Part shown: one piece after another, positions 13,115 to 23,108 of the stretch
How the letters are laid out: the number at the start of each line of letters is the position of its first letter
Position numbering within the stretch: position 1 is the first letter of the stretch
Assembly (NCBI RefSeq): GCF_964019745.1
Contig: NZ_OZ026462.1
Span: forward strand, 60,001-92,000
DNA length: 32,000 nt
Reading direction: 5' to 3'
DNA from: Candidatus Saccharimonadota bacterium
Lineage (GTDB): Bacteria; Pseudomonadota; Gammaproteobacteria; Burkholderiales; Burkholderiaceae
Notes under the pieces: generated by a model
Database searches by the model: none
The model's input: the letters and a program-made list of their open reading frames with translations, nothing else
Told to the model about the DNA's origin: nothing
Made by a program: the position numbers and the translations under genes

Positions 13115-13893
13115 TTTTTTTTTTTTTTTAAAAAATTTGATAATAAAATATATTGTTTTATTGTTAACATTTCTGGTCTTAATTTAGGATTAATTTTTAA
13201 AAAAATAAAATCTTCTTTAGAAAAAAAATTACTAACACAATTAAAAATAAATTTTCTACGATTTGAAAAGGCTTTAATTAAAATTTTATTTAAAAAAAAT
13301 ATATTATATTTAATAAGTATTTTTTTTGAAATTATACGAACCATAGCTGATTTTACTTTAGGCTTAGGTTTAAAAGATTCAGGATTAATTAAAAATAATA
13401 ATTTTATTTTAAAATGAATCTGTAACATAATAGATAAACGACCAAATTTTTTATTTCCTGGTTTAGCTATCATACGATCCACAAATTCTTTTTGTAAAAT
13501 AAAATGTTGATCTATTAATAAATTGGAAAATTGTATAAGATAAAATAAAAGTAAACTAGAAATATTATATGGTAAACTTCCTATTAATCTAATTTTTTTT
13601 TTAAATCTATTAAAAAAATTTAAAAAATTAAAATTTAAAACATCTAAAAAATAAATTTTTATTTTTTTTAAAAAAAATTTTTTTTTTAAAAAATTAACTA
13701 AATTTTTGTCTATTTCTATAACATAAATTTTTTTTAAAAATTTTAATAAATATTTAGTAATATTACCATATCCAGGACCAATTTCAATAACTAAATCATC
13801 ATTTTTAAAATCTAAAAATGAAATTATTTTTTTTATAATATTTTTATCTATTAAAAAATTTTGAGAAAAATTTTTTTTTTTATTTTTTTTCAT
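13111..13893 (-). CDS. rsmA: 16S rRNA (adenine1518/1519-N6) dimethyltransferase (copy 1)
   Basis: 260 aa. NFSQNFLIDKNII and the SAM-binding VIEIGPGYGNIT are typical KsgA/RsmA motifs. Confidence 0.9.
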   Translation of the reverse strand: MKKNKKKNFSQNFLIDKNIIKKIISFLDFKNDDLVIEIGPGYGNITKYLLKFLKKIYVIEIDKNLVNFLKKKFFLKKIKIYFLDVLNFNFLNFFNRFKKKIRLIGSLPYNISSLLLFYLIQFSNLLIDQHFILQKEFVDRMIAKPGNKKFGRLSIMLQIHFKIKLLFLINPESFKPKPKVKSAMVRIISKKILIKYNIFFLNKILIKAFSNRRKFIFNCVSNFFSKEDFIFLKINPKLRPEMLTIKQYILLSNFLKKKKN

Positions 13894-14049
13894 ATTTTTT
13901 ATATATAAAATTATATTTTTACTTAAAATATTAAAATATTATTTTTATATTATTTATATAAAAAATATATAAATATTTTATATTTATAATAATTTATATT
14001 ATTATATATAATTAATAAAAAAAAAATTAAATATAATTTTTATTTAAAA

Positions 14050-15147
14050 ATGAAAAAAAAAAAAATAATATTAGGAATGTCTGGAGGTATAGATTCTTCA
14101 GTATCAGCTTGGATTTTAAAAGAACAAGGATATGAAGTAATAGGTTTATTTATGAATAATTGGAATGATAATAAAAAAAAAAATAATTTTTGTAATAATA
14201 AAAAAGATTTAATTGATGCTATAAGCATAGCAGATATTATAGGAATAAATATTAAAATAGTAAATTTTTCAAAAGAATATAAAAAATATATTTTTTCAAA
14301 TTTTATAAAAGAATATAAAAAAGGTAATACACCTAATCCAGATATAACTTGTAATTCTATAATTAAATTTAATTTTTTTTTAAATTATGCAAATTCTATC
14401 TTAAAAACTAATTTAATTGCCACAGGACATTATGCTAGAATAAAAAAAACTTTAAAAGGTAAATATAAATTATTAAAAGCTAAAGATTTAAATAAAGATC
14501 AAAGTTATTTTTTATATAGATTAAATCAAAAACAATTATCAAAAAGTATCTTTCCTATAGGAAATTTCTATAAAACAAAAATTAAAGAAATTGCTAAAAA
14601 ACTTAAATTTCCTAATGTAAACAAAAAAAATTCTACTGGGATTTGTTTTATAGGTAAAAGACCATTTAGAAAATTTCTAAATAATTATATAAATTATAAT
14701 CCTGGGCCAATAAAAACTACAAGTGGAATAACAATTTCAAAACATATAGGATTAAGTTTTTATACTATAGGTCAAAGAAAAGGTATAGGTATTGGTGGTA
14801 TAAAAAAAAATATATATATAAAAAAAAAAAATACTCCTTGGTATGTTGCTAAAAAAAATATAAAAAAAAATATTTTATATGTTGTACAAGGTCATAATCA
14901 TCCATGGTTATTATCATATAAAATTATAATATATAAAACTCATTGGATATCAGGTAAAGCACCTAAAAACTTTTCAATATTAAAAGCAAAAATTAGATAT
15001 AGACAAAAAGATTCAAAATGTATTATATATTATTATAACAAACTATATATTTTATATTTTATAGAACCTCAATGGGGTGCAGCTAAAGGACAATCAATAG
15101 TATTATATAATAAAAATATATGTTTAGGAGGAGGGATTATTAAATAA
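14050..15147 (+). CDS. mnmA: tRNA 2-thiouridine(34) synthase (copy 1)
   Basis: 365 aa. PP-loop GMSGGIDSSVSAWIL, plus TPNPDITCN, ATGHYAR and KDQSYFL motifs. Confidence 0.95.
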   Translation: MKKKKIILGMSGGIDSSVSAWILKEQGYEVIGLFMNNWNDNKKKNNFCNNKKDLIDAISIADIIGINIKIVNFSKEYKKYIFSNFIKEYKKGNTPNPDITCNSIIKFNFFLNYANSILKTNLIATGHYARIKKTLKGKYKLLKAKDLNKDQSYFLYRLNQKQLSKSIFPIGNFYKTKIKEIAKKLKFPNVNKKNSTGICFIGKRPFRKFLNNYINYNPGPIKTTSGITISKHIGLSFYTIGQRKGIGIGGIKKNIYIKKKNTPWYVAKKNIKKNILYVVQGHNHPWLLSYKIIIYKTHWISGKAPKNFSILKAKIRYRQKDSKCIIYYYNKLYILYFIEPQWGAAKGQSIVLYNKNICLGGGIIK

Positions 15148-15220
15148 TAATATACAAATTAATTATATATATAACAATATTTTTTATTTATTAAAATATA
15201 TTTTAAAAAGGAAAATTATT

Positions 15221-15685
15221 ATGAATAATTTAAAAATTATTAATTTATTAAATGATCAATTAATTAATGAATTAATAGCAAGTAATCAATATTTTTTAAA
15301 TTCTATAATTTATAAACATTTAGGTTATAAAAAAATTGCATTAAAAGAAAAAAATGAATCAAAAGAAGAATTAAAACATGCAAAAAAAATTTTAAATAGA
15401 ATATTAACTCTTGAAGGTAAACCCAATATTGAAATTTTAAATAAATTTATATTTAGTAATAATATAGAAGAAATTTTAAAAAATAATTTATATTTTGAAA
15501 AAAAAATTCAAAAAAATCTTAAAAAAAATATACTTATATGTGAAAAAAAATATGATTATATCACAAGAATACTTTTAGAAGAAATTTTATATGATTCTAT
15601 TAAACATATAAAATGGATAAAATTTGAATTAAATATTATTAATATAATTGGAATTAAAGATTACTTAAAAATACAAATTAATTAA
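15221..15685 (+). CDS. bfr: bacterioferritin-like protein (copy 1)
   Basis: 154 aa, colinear with E. coli Bfr as I recall it (INLLNDQLINELIASNQYFL; EELKHA; ILTLEGKPN; KHIKWI). An AAGGA ribosome-binding site lies upstream (about 15208). Confidence 0.8.
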   Translation: MNNLKIINLLNDQLINELIASNQYFLNSIIYKHLGYKKIALKEKNESKEELKHAKKILNRILTLEGKPNIEILNKFIFSNNIEEILKNNLYFEKKIQKNLKKNILICEKKYDYITRILLEEILYDSIKHIKWIKFELNIINIIGIKDYLKIQIN

Positions 15686-15707
15686 TTTTTAAAATTATAA
15701 AGATAAA

Positions 15708-17240
15708 TTAAATATTTCGTAAATAAGGAAATAAAATTACATCTTTTATACTAAAAGAATTTGTTAAAATCATAACTAAACGATCAATACCAATACCACA
15801 TCCAGCTGTAGGTGGCATACCATATTCTAAAGCATTAATATAATCTTTATCATAATATTTATTATTTTTAAATGTTTTTTTTTTAATATTTTTAATATTA
15901 ATATTTTTATGTTTTATAATTTGTTTTAAAAATCTTTTAGATTGTTCTTTAGAATCATTTAATTCAGAAAAACCATTAGCTATTTCACAACCATAAATAA
16001 ATAATTCAAAACGTTCAGTTATATTTTTATTAATATTTGATAAACGTGCTAAAGGAGAAACAGAAACTGGATAATCTATAATATAAGTAGGATTAATTAT
16101 TTTAGATTTTGTTGTTATATCAAATAAAATTAATTGCATTTGATATAAATCCATATCTAAATTTTTAATAATTTTTTTATTTAATTTTAAACTAATTTTT
16201 TTTAATTCTAAATATAAAAAAGAAATATTATTTAATTGAAATATAGTATAATTTGTATAATTTAATATAGCATCAATAATAGTAAATCTTTTAAAAGGTT
16301 TAGAAAAATCTATTTTTTTTTCACGATATTTTATTATATTTTTTTTATATAAAAAAAAAGTTAATTTTTTAAAAATTTTTTCAATAAAAATCATTAACCA
16401 TTTATAATCAACATAAGTTGAATAAAATTCTAACATAGTAAATTCAGGATTATGAAAAATAGATAAACCTTCATTACGAAAATTTCTATTAATTTCAAAA
16501 ATTCTATTAAAACCACCAACAATTAATTTTTTTAAAAATAATTCTGGAGAAACTCTTAAAAACATTTTCATATTTAAAGAATTATGATATGTAATAAATG
16601 GTTTAGCTGAAGCTCCTCCAGGAATTTTATGAAACATTGGTGTTTCAACTTCTAAAAAATCATTTTTTTCTAAAAATTTTCTAATAAAAGAAATAATAGA
16701 AGATCTAATTTTAAAAACTAATCTTACTTTAGGATTTATAATTAAATCTAAATATCGTTTACGATATTTAATTTCTTTATTTGATAAACCATAAAATTTA
16801 CTTGAAATTTGATGAATAGATTTATTAATAAATAAAATTTTATTAACTTTTATAGTTAATTCATTTGTATTAGTTTTAAATAAAATTCCACATACTCCAA
16901 TAATATCTCCTAAATCATAATTTTTAAAATTATTAAATCCAATTTTACCTAATATATTATAATTAATATATATTTGAATTTTTCCATTTAAAAAAGATCC
17001 TGAAAAATCACTAATTAAAGCAAAAATTGCTTTTCCAAAAATTCGTTTAGTAAATATTCTACCGGCTATAGAAACATTAATTTTTTTTTTTTCTAAAATT
17101 AATTTATCAAAATTATTATATTTTTTACATAAAAAATATGTTTTATTTTTAGGAATAAAATTATTAGGAAAATTAAAACCTTGAGAAATCATTAAATCTA
17201 ATTTTTTTTTTCTATTATTAATTTCTGAAAAAATATTCAT
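15708..17240 (-). CDS. lysS: lysyl-tRNA synthetase, class II (copy 1)
   Basis: 510 aa. YRKRYLDLI, FLEVETPMFH, RNEGLSIFHNPEFTMLEFY and GMPPTAGCGIGIDRLVMILT are class II LysRS motifs. Confidence 0.95.
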   Translation of the reverse strand: MNIFSEINNRKKKLDLMISQGFNFPNNFIPKNKTYFLCKKYNNFDKLILEKKKINVSIAGRIFTKRIFGKAIFALISDFSGSFLNGKIQIYINYNILGKIGFNNFKNYDLGDIIGVCGILFKTNTNELTIKVNKILFINKSIHQISSKFYGLSNKEIKYRKRYLDLIINPKVRLVFKIRSSIISFIRKFLEKNDFLEVETPMFHKIPGGASAKPFITYHNSLNMKMFLRVSPELFLKKLIVGGFNRIFEINRNFRNEGLSIFHNPEFTMLEFYSTYVDYKWLMIFIEKIFKKLTFFLYKKNIIKYREKKIDFSKPFKRFTIIDAILNYTNYTIFQLNNISFLYLELKKISLKLNKKIIKNLDMDLYQMQLILFDITTKSKIINPTYIIDYPVSVSPLARLSNINKNITERFELFIYGCEIANGFSELNDSKEQSKRFLKQIIKHKNINIKNIKKKTFKNNKYYDKDYINALEYGMPPTAGCGIGIDRLVMILTNSFSIKDVILFPYLRNI

Positions 17241-17297
17241 TTTTTTATAAATTAAATAAATTTTTAAAATTATATTAAAAATAAATATAAATATATT

Positions 17298-18037
17298 TTA
17301 TACTTTTAATTTTAAAAATTCATAAATAAAATTATCTATTTTACCATCTAAAGTACCTTTTATATCATTAGTTTGATAATTAGTTCTTAAATCTTTAATA
17401 AATGATTTATCTAAAATATAAGATCTAATTTGTTGCCCCCAACTTATATTAGATTTCAAATTTTCAATTTTTTTACGTTTAATTAATTGTTTATTTTTTT
17501 CAAAATTATATAATTTATTTTTTAACATATTCCATGCAGTAACTTTATTACGATATTGACTTCGACTATTTTGACATTTAACTACTATTCCAGTAGGAAT
17601 ATGAGTTAAACGAACAGCAGAATCAGTTTTATTAACATGTTGTCCACCAGCACCTGAAGATTTATAAGTATCAATTTTTACACTAGAAATATCAATTGTA
17701 ATTTTTATTAAATTTTCATAATCAGGATATACAAATAAACTAGCAAAAGAAGTATGTCTATTTTTTGAAAAATTAAATGGAGATTTTCTTACTAAACGAT
17801 GAATACCTGTTTCAGTTTTTAAAAAACCAAATGCATATTTACCTTTTACTTTAATTGTTGCTAATCTTATACCATTTTTTTCACCATAAGATTTATGCAT
17901 AATTTCAGTTTTAAATTTTTTTCTCTCACAATATTTTAAATATTGACGTAATAATATAAAAGACCAATCTTCTGCATCTATACCTCCAGCACCAGCTTTT
18001 ATATCTATAAAACAATTTTTTTTATCAATAGAATTAT
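17298..18037 (-). pseudogene. prfB: peptide chain release factor 2, 5'-truncated duplicate fragment (C-terminal ~246 codons)
   Basis: Identical to 25186..25925 of the full gene. It ends abruptly at the duplication junction. The first in-frame ATG is at 17900 (the 200-aa ORF in the track, which contains the SPF and GGQ motifs). Confidence 0.88.
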
Positions 18038-18855
18038 GTATATTATTACAACCATATGATATAGAAATAGGTGCCGGTACATCACATACAGCAACTTTTT
18101 TAAAAGCTATAGGACCAGAACATTGGAAAGCTGCTTATATACAAAATTCTAGAAGACCTAAAGATGGAAAATATGGAAAAAATTTTAATAAAATTCAAAA
18201 TTATTTTCAATATCAAGTAGTTTTAAAACCTACTCCAGATAATTTTTTAGATTTATATATAAATTCATTAAAATTTTTAAAATTAAATTTTAAAAATAAT
18301 GATATTAGATTTATAGAAGATAATTGGAAAAATCCAACATTAGGTTCATGGGGGGTAGGATGGGAAGTAAAATTAAATGGTATAGAAATAACACAAATAA
18401 CATATTTTCAACAAGTTGGTTGTATAAATTGTAATCCAATATTAGGTGAAATTACCTATGGCATAGAAAGACTTGCTATGCATTTACAAAATAATAAAAA
18501 TATTAACAATTTAATTTGGACAGAAATTAAAAATAAAAATAAAATTAAAAAAATATTATATAAAGAATTATTTATTCAAAATGAATATGAATTTTCATTA
18601 TTAAATTTTAATTTTTATAATAAAAAAATTTTATTAGAAACATTTAATATATATGAAAAAGAATCAAAAAGATTAATTAATTTATTATTAATTTTTCCAT
18701 CATATGAAATGATGTTAAAATCAACACATATTTTTAATTTATTAGAAGCTACTGGTACTATTTCTGCAATAGAAAAAATTAATTATATATATCGTATTAA
18801 AAAAATATCTTGTAAAATTGCAAAATTATATCTTTCTTTAAAAAATAAAAAATAA
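18036..18855 (+). pseudogene. glyQ: glyQ duplicate lacking the first ~18 codons and the start codon
   Basis: Identical to 10148..10967. The frame is open back to 17947 but has no ATG before 18478 (my own translation). The ORF-track entry 18478..18855 is only the tail of this fragment. Confidence 0.88.
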
Positions 18856-18890
18856 ATAAATTTATATATAATATATTTTAATAATTTAAA

Positions 18891-21002
18891 ATGATAAAAA
18901 AAAATCTTTTGATAGAATTAATGACAGAAGAACTACCTCATAAAATTTTATTAAATATAGAAAATACATTTACAAAAAATATTATTTATAAATTACAATT
19001 AGAAAATTTTATAAAAAAAAATTCATATATAGAAACATATTCAACAATACGACGAATAGGTATATATATAAAAAATGTAAAAAAAAAATCTAAAAGTTTA
19101 ATTTTTAAAAAAAAAATATTATCTAAAAATATAGCCTTTGATAAAAATAATCGTCCAACTTTTTTTTTAATAAAAAAAATTTCAATAATTTCTAAAATTA
19201 ATAATTTTTATAAAATTTCTATTAATAAAATAAAAAAAAAAAATAAAAATAATAAAAAGGAATTATTTTTTTATTATAAAAAAAAAAATATATATTTAAA
19301 ATATTTTTTAAAAAATGTATTAGAAAATTCTATAAAAAAATTATCTATTTATAGATTTATGAAATATAATAAAAAAATAAATAAAAATTTCATAAAAATT
19401 ATTGAATTTATTAGACCAATAAAAAATTTATTAATTATTTTTGGTAAAAAAATAATTTCATTAAATATTCTTCATATTAATTCAAATTCTATAACTTATG
19501 GTAATAGATTTATTAAAAATAATATTTTAAATATTAATAATGCAAATAATTATTCTAAAATATTAATAAAAGAAGGTAAAGTAATACCAAACTTTTCTCA
19601 AAGATTATTAACAATAAAAAATCTTTTATTTAAAAAAGCTAAAAATTATAAATTATCTATAAACAAAAAATTATTAAAAGAAATTACAGCTCTTATTGAA
19701 TGGCCAACAGTATATAAATGTGCGTTTAATAAAGTTTTTTTAAAACTTCCAAAAAAATGTATAAAAATAATAATTCAAAATTTTCAAAAACATTTTATTT
19801 TAAAAAATAAATATAATAAAATATGTAAATATTTTCTTATAGTTTGTAACTCTAACACTAAAAATTTTAAAAATATTATTCAAGAATATGAAAAATCAAT
19901 TTTTTATATATTATCAGAAATAAAAATCTTTTTTAAAAAAGATAAAAAAACTACATTATATAAAAAAAAAAAATTATTAAAAAATATTATTTATCATAAT
20001 AAATTAGGAAATCAATTACAAAGAATAAAAAGAATAAAAAAAATATCAATAGATATTTCCAATATTATTAAATGTAATAAATATTTGCTAAAAAGAAGTT
20101 TATCTCTATTTAAAATTGATCTTACTACTAAAATAGTAAAAAAATTTCCAATTTTACAGGGAATTATAGGAAAATATTATGCAATATATGATGGAGAAAA
20201 TAAAAAAGTTGCTAAATCTATATTAGAACATTATTTACCTAAATTTTTTAATGATAAATTACCATTTTTAAAAATTTCAATAATAATTTCTATAGCAGAC
20301 AAATTAGAAATTATAATTGGTATTTGGAATATAGGTTTTAAACCTAAAAATAATAAAGATCCTTTTAAAATTAAAAGAAATATAATTGGATTATTACAAA
20401 TATTAATAGAAAAAAAATTATTATTATCTATACCAATGTTAATAAAACAAACTATTAATAGTTTTAAAAAAAATAATATTTTTAAGAATCAATATATGAA
20501 TATATATAATTTTATTTATAAAAAATTAAATAAATTATTATTAAAATATAATTTTAAAAAAAATGAAATAAAATCTATAATTTCTAAAAAACCAAAAATT
20601 ATTGGAGATATAATTTATAAATTAAAAACATTAAAAATAATTAATTTTTCAATAAAATATAATAATTTATTTATTTCTAATAAAAGAATTATAAATATTT
20701 TAAAAAAATTTAATAAAAATATTTATATAAATAAAAAATATTTAAAAAAAAAATATGAAATATATATTTATAATAAAATTATAAAAACACAAAAATTAAT
20801 TAATATTAATATTAAAAAAAAAAAATATATTAATATATTTAATAAATTATTAATTTTTAATAAATATATAGAAAAATTTTTTAAAAAAATAAAAATAAAT
20901 TCAAAAAATATAAATTATAAAAATAATAGAAAAGCAATATTAAAAAATATATATAATATGTTAAATAAAATTATAAATTTAAATTTTTTAAAAAAAAATT
21001 AA
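18891..21002 (+). CDS. glyS: glycyl-tRNA synthetase beta subunit (copy 2, identical)
   Basis: The 703-aa protein is identical to the product of 11003..13114 at an offset of 7888. Confidence 0.85.
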   Translation: MIKKNLLIELMTEELPHKILLNIENTFTKNIIYKLQLENFIKKNSYIETYSTIRRIGIYIKNVKKKSKSLIFKKKILSKNIAFDKNNRPTFFLIKKISIISKINNFYKISINKIKKKNKNNKKELFFYYKKKNIYLKYFLKNVLENSIKKLSIYRFMKYNKKINKNFIKIIEFIRPIKNLLIIFGKKIISLNILHINSNSITYGNRFIKNNILNINNANNYSKILIKEGKVIPNFSQRLLTIKNLLFKKAKNYKLSINKKLLKEITALIEWPTVYKCAFNKVFLKLPKKCIKIIIQNFQKHFILKNKYNKICKYFLIVCNSNTKNFKNIIQEYEKSIFYILSEIKIFFKKDKKTTLYKKKKLLKNIIYHNKLGNQLQRIKRIKKISIDISNIIKCNKYLLKRSLSLFKIDLTTKIVKKFPILQGIIGKYYAIYDGENKKVAKSILEHYLPKFFNDKLPFLKISIIISIADKLEIIIGIWNIGFKPKNNKDPFKIKRNIIGLLQILIEKKLLLSIPMLIKQTINSFKKNNIFKNQYMNIYNFIYKKLNKLLLKYNFKKNEIKSIISKKPKIIGDIIYKLKTLKIINFSIKYNNLFISNKRIINILKKFNKNIYINKKYLKKKYEIYIYNKIIKTQKLININIKKKKYINIFNKLLIFNKYIEKFFKKIKINSKNINYKNNRKAILKNIYNMLNKIINLNFLKKN

Positions 21003-21781
21003 TTTTTTTTTTTTTTTAAAAAATTTGATAATAAAATATATTGTTTTATTGTTAACATTTCTGGTCTTAATTTAGGATTAATTTTTAAAAAAATAAAATC
21101 TTCTTTAGAAAAAAAATTACTAACACAATTAAAAATAAATTTTCTACGATTTGAAAAGGCTTTAATTAAAATTTTATTTAAAAAAAATATATTATATTTA
21201 ATAAGTATTTTTTTTGAAATTATACGAACCATAGCTGATTTTACTTTAGGCTTAGGTTTAAAAGATTCAGGATTAATTAAAAATAATAATTTTATTTTAA
21301 AATGAATCTGTAACATAATAGATAAACGACCAAATTTTTTATTTCCTGGTTTAGCTATCATACGATCCACAAATTCTTTTTGTAAAATAAAATGTTGATC
21401 TATTAATAAATTGGAAAATTGTATAAGATAAAATAAAAGTAAACTAGAAATATTATATGGTAAACTTCCTATTAATCTAATTTTTTTTTTAAATCTATTA
21501 AAAAAATTTAAAAAATTAAAATTTAAAACATCTAAAAAATAAATTTTTATTTTTTTTAAAAAAAATTTTTTTTTTAAAAAATTAACTAAATTTTTGTCTA
21601 TTTCTATAACATAAATTTTTTTTAAAAATTTTAATAAATATTTAGTAATATTACCATATCCAGGACCAATTTCAATAACTAAATCATCATTTTTAAAATC
21701 TAAAAATGAAATTATTTTTTTTATAATATTTTTATCTATTAAAAAATTTTGAGAAAAATTTTTTTTTTTATTTTTTTTCAT
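20999..21781 (-). CDS. rsmA: 16S rRNA dimethyladenosine transferase (copy 2, identical)
   Basis: The protein is identical to the product of 13111..13893. Confidence 0.9.
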   Translation of the reverse strand: MKKNKKKNFSQNFLIDKNIIKKIISFLDFKNDDLVIEIGPGYGNITKYLLKFLKKIYVIEIDKNLVNFLKKKFFLKKIKIYFLDVLNFNFLNFFNRFKKKIRLIGSLPYNISSLLLFYLIQFSNLLIDQHFILQKEFVDRMIAKPGNKKFGRLSIMLQIHFKIKLLFLINPESFKPKPKVKSAMVRIISKKILIKYNIFFLNKILIKAFSNRRKFIFNCVSNFFSKEDFIFLKINPKLRPEMLTIKQYILLSNFLKKKKN

Positions 21782-21937
21782 ATTTTTTATATATAAAATT
21801 ATATTTTTACTTAAAATATTAAAATATTATTTTTATATTATTTATATAAAAAATATATAAATATTTTATATTTATAATAATTTATATTATTATATATAAT
21901 TAATAAAAAAAAAATTAAATATAATTTTTATTTAAAA

Positions 21938-23035
21938 ATGAAAAAAAAAAAAATAATATTAGGAATGTCTGGAGGTATAGATTCTTCAGTATCAGCTTGG
22001 ATTTTAAAAGAACAAGGATATGAAGTAATAGGTTTATTTATGAATAATTGGAATGATAATAAAAAAAAAAATAATTTTTGTAATAATAAAAAAGATTTAA
22101 TTGATGCTATAAGCATAGCAGATATTATAGGAATAAATATTAAAATAGTAAATTTTTCAAAAGAATATAAAAAATATATTTTTTCAAATTTTATAAAAGA
22201 ATATAAAAAAGGTAATACACCTAATCCAGATATAACTTGTAATTCTATAATTAAATTTAATTTTTTTTTAAATTATGCAAATTCTATCTTAAAAACTAAT
22301 TTAATTGCCACAGGACATTATGCTAGAATAAAAAAAACTTTAAAAGGTAAATATAAATTATTAAAAGCTAAAGATTTAAATAAAGATCAAAGTTATTTTT
22401 TATATAGATTAAATCAAAAACAATTATCAAAAAGTATCTTTCCTATAGGAAATTTCTATAAAACAAAAATTAAAGAAATTGCTAAAAAACTTAAATTTCC
22501 TAATGTAAACAAAAAAAATTCTACTGGGATTTGTTTTATAGGTAAAAGACCATTTAGAAAATTTCTAAATAATTATATAAATTATAATCCTGGGCCAATA
22601 AAAACTACAAGTGGAATAACAATTTCAAAACATATAGGATTAAGTTTTTATACTATAGGTCAAAGAAAAGGTATAGGTATTGGTGGTATAAAAAAAAATA
22701 TATATATAAAAAAAAAAAATACTCCTTGGTATGTTGCTAAAAAAAATATAAAAAAAAATATTTTATATGTTGTACAAGGTCATAATCATCCATGGTTATT
22801 ATCATATAAAATTATAATATATAAAACTCATTGGATATCAGGTAAAGCACCTAAAAACTTTTCAATATTAAAAGCAAAAATTAGATATAGACAAAAAGAT
22901 TCAAAATGTATTATATATTATTATAACAAACTATATATTTTATATTTTATAGAACCTCAATGGGGTGCAGCTAAAGGACAATCAATAGTATTATATAATA
23001 AAAATATATGTTTAGGAGGAGGGATTATTAAATAA
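21938..23035 (+). CDS. mnmA: tRNA 2-thiouridine(34) synthase (copy 2, identical)
   Basis: The protein is identical to the product of 14050..15147. Confidence 0.95.
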   Translation: MKKKKIILGMSGGIDSSVSAWILKEQGYEVIGLFMNNWNDNKKKNNFCNNKKDLIDAISIADIIGINIKIVNFSKEYKKYIFSNFIKEYKKGNTPNPDITCNSIIKFNFFLNYANSILKTNLIATGHYARIKKTLKGKYKLLKAKDLNKDQSYFLYRLNQKQLSKSIFPIGNFYKTKIKEIAKKLKFPNVNKKNSTGICFIGKRPFRKFLNNYINYNPGPIKTTSGITISKHIGLSFYTIGQRKGIGIGGIKKNIYIKKKNTPWYVAKKNIKKNILYVVQGHNHPWLLSYKIIIYKTHWISGKAPKNFSILKAKIRYRQKDSKCIIYYYNKLYILYFIEPQWGAAKGQSIVLYNKNICLGGGIIK

Positions 23036-23108
23036 TAATATACAAATTAATTATATATATAACAATATTTTTTATTTATTAAAATATATTTTAAAAAGGA
23101 AAATTATT

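Larger units (their letters stand above)
10148..18035. repeat. 7,888-bp tandem duplication, unit 1
   Basis: Every ORF-track protein and every spacer or homopolymer I spot-checked recurs at +7888. The left boundary was fixed by base comparison: 10146..10147 gg versus 18034..18035 tt mismatch. Confidence 0.93.

Noticed and set aside
14040-14228. 62-aa minus-strand ORF, and its twin at 21928..22116
   Set aside because: It is antisense to the highly conserved PP-loop region of mnmA. It appears twice only because it sits inside the 7,888-bp duplication.
18478-18855. Independent 125-aa gene
   Set aside because: It is only the C-terminal tail of the truncated glyQ duplicate. The Met is an internal GlyQ residue (MHLQNNK also occurs inside the intact copy).
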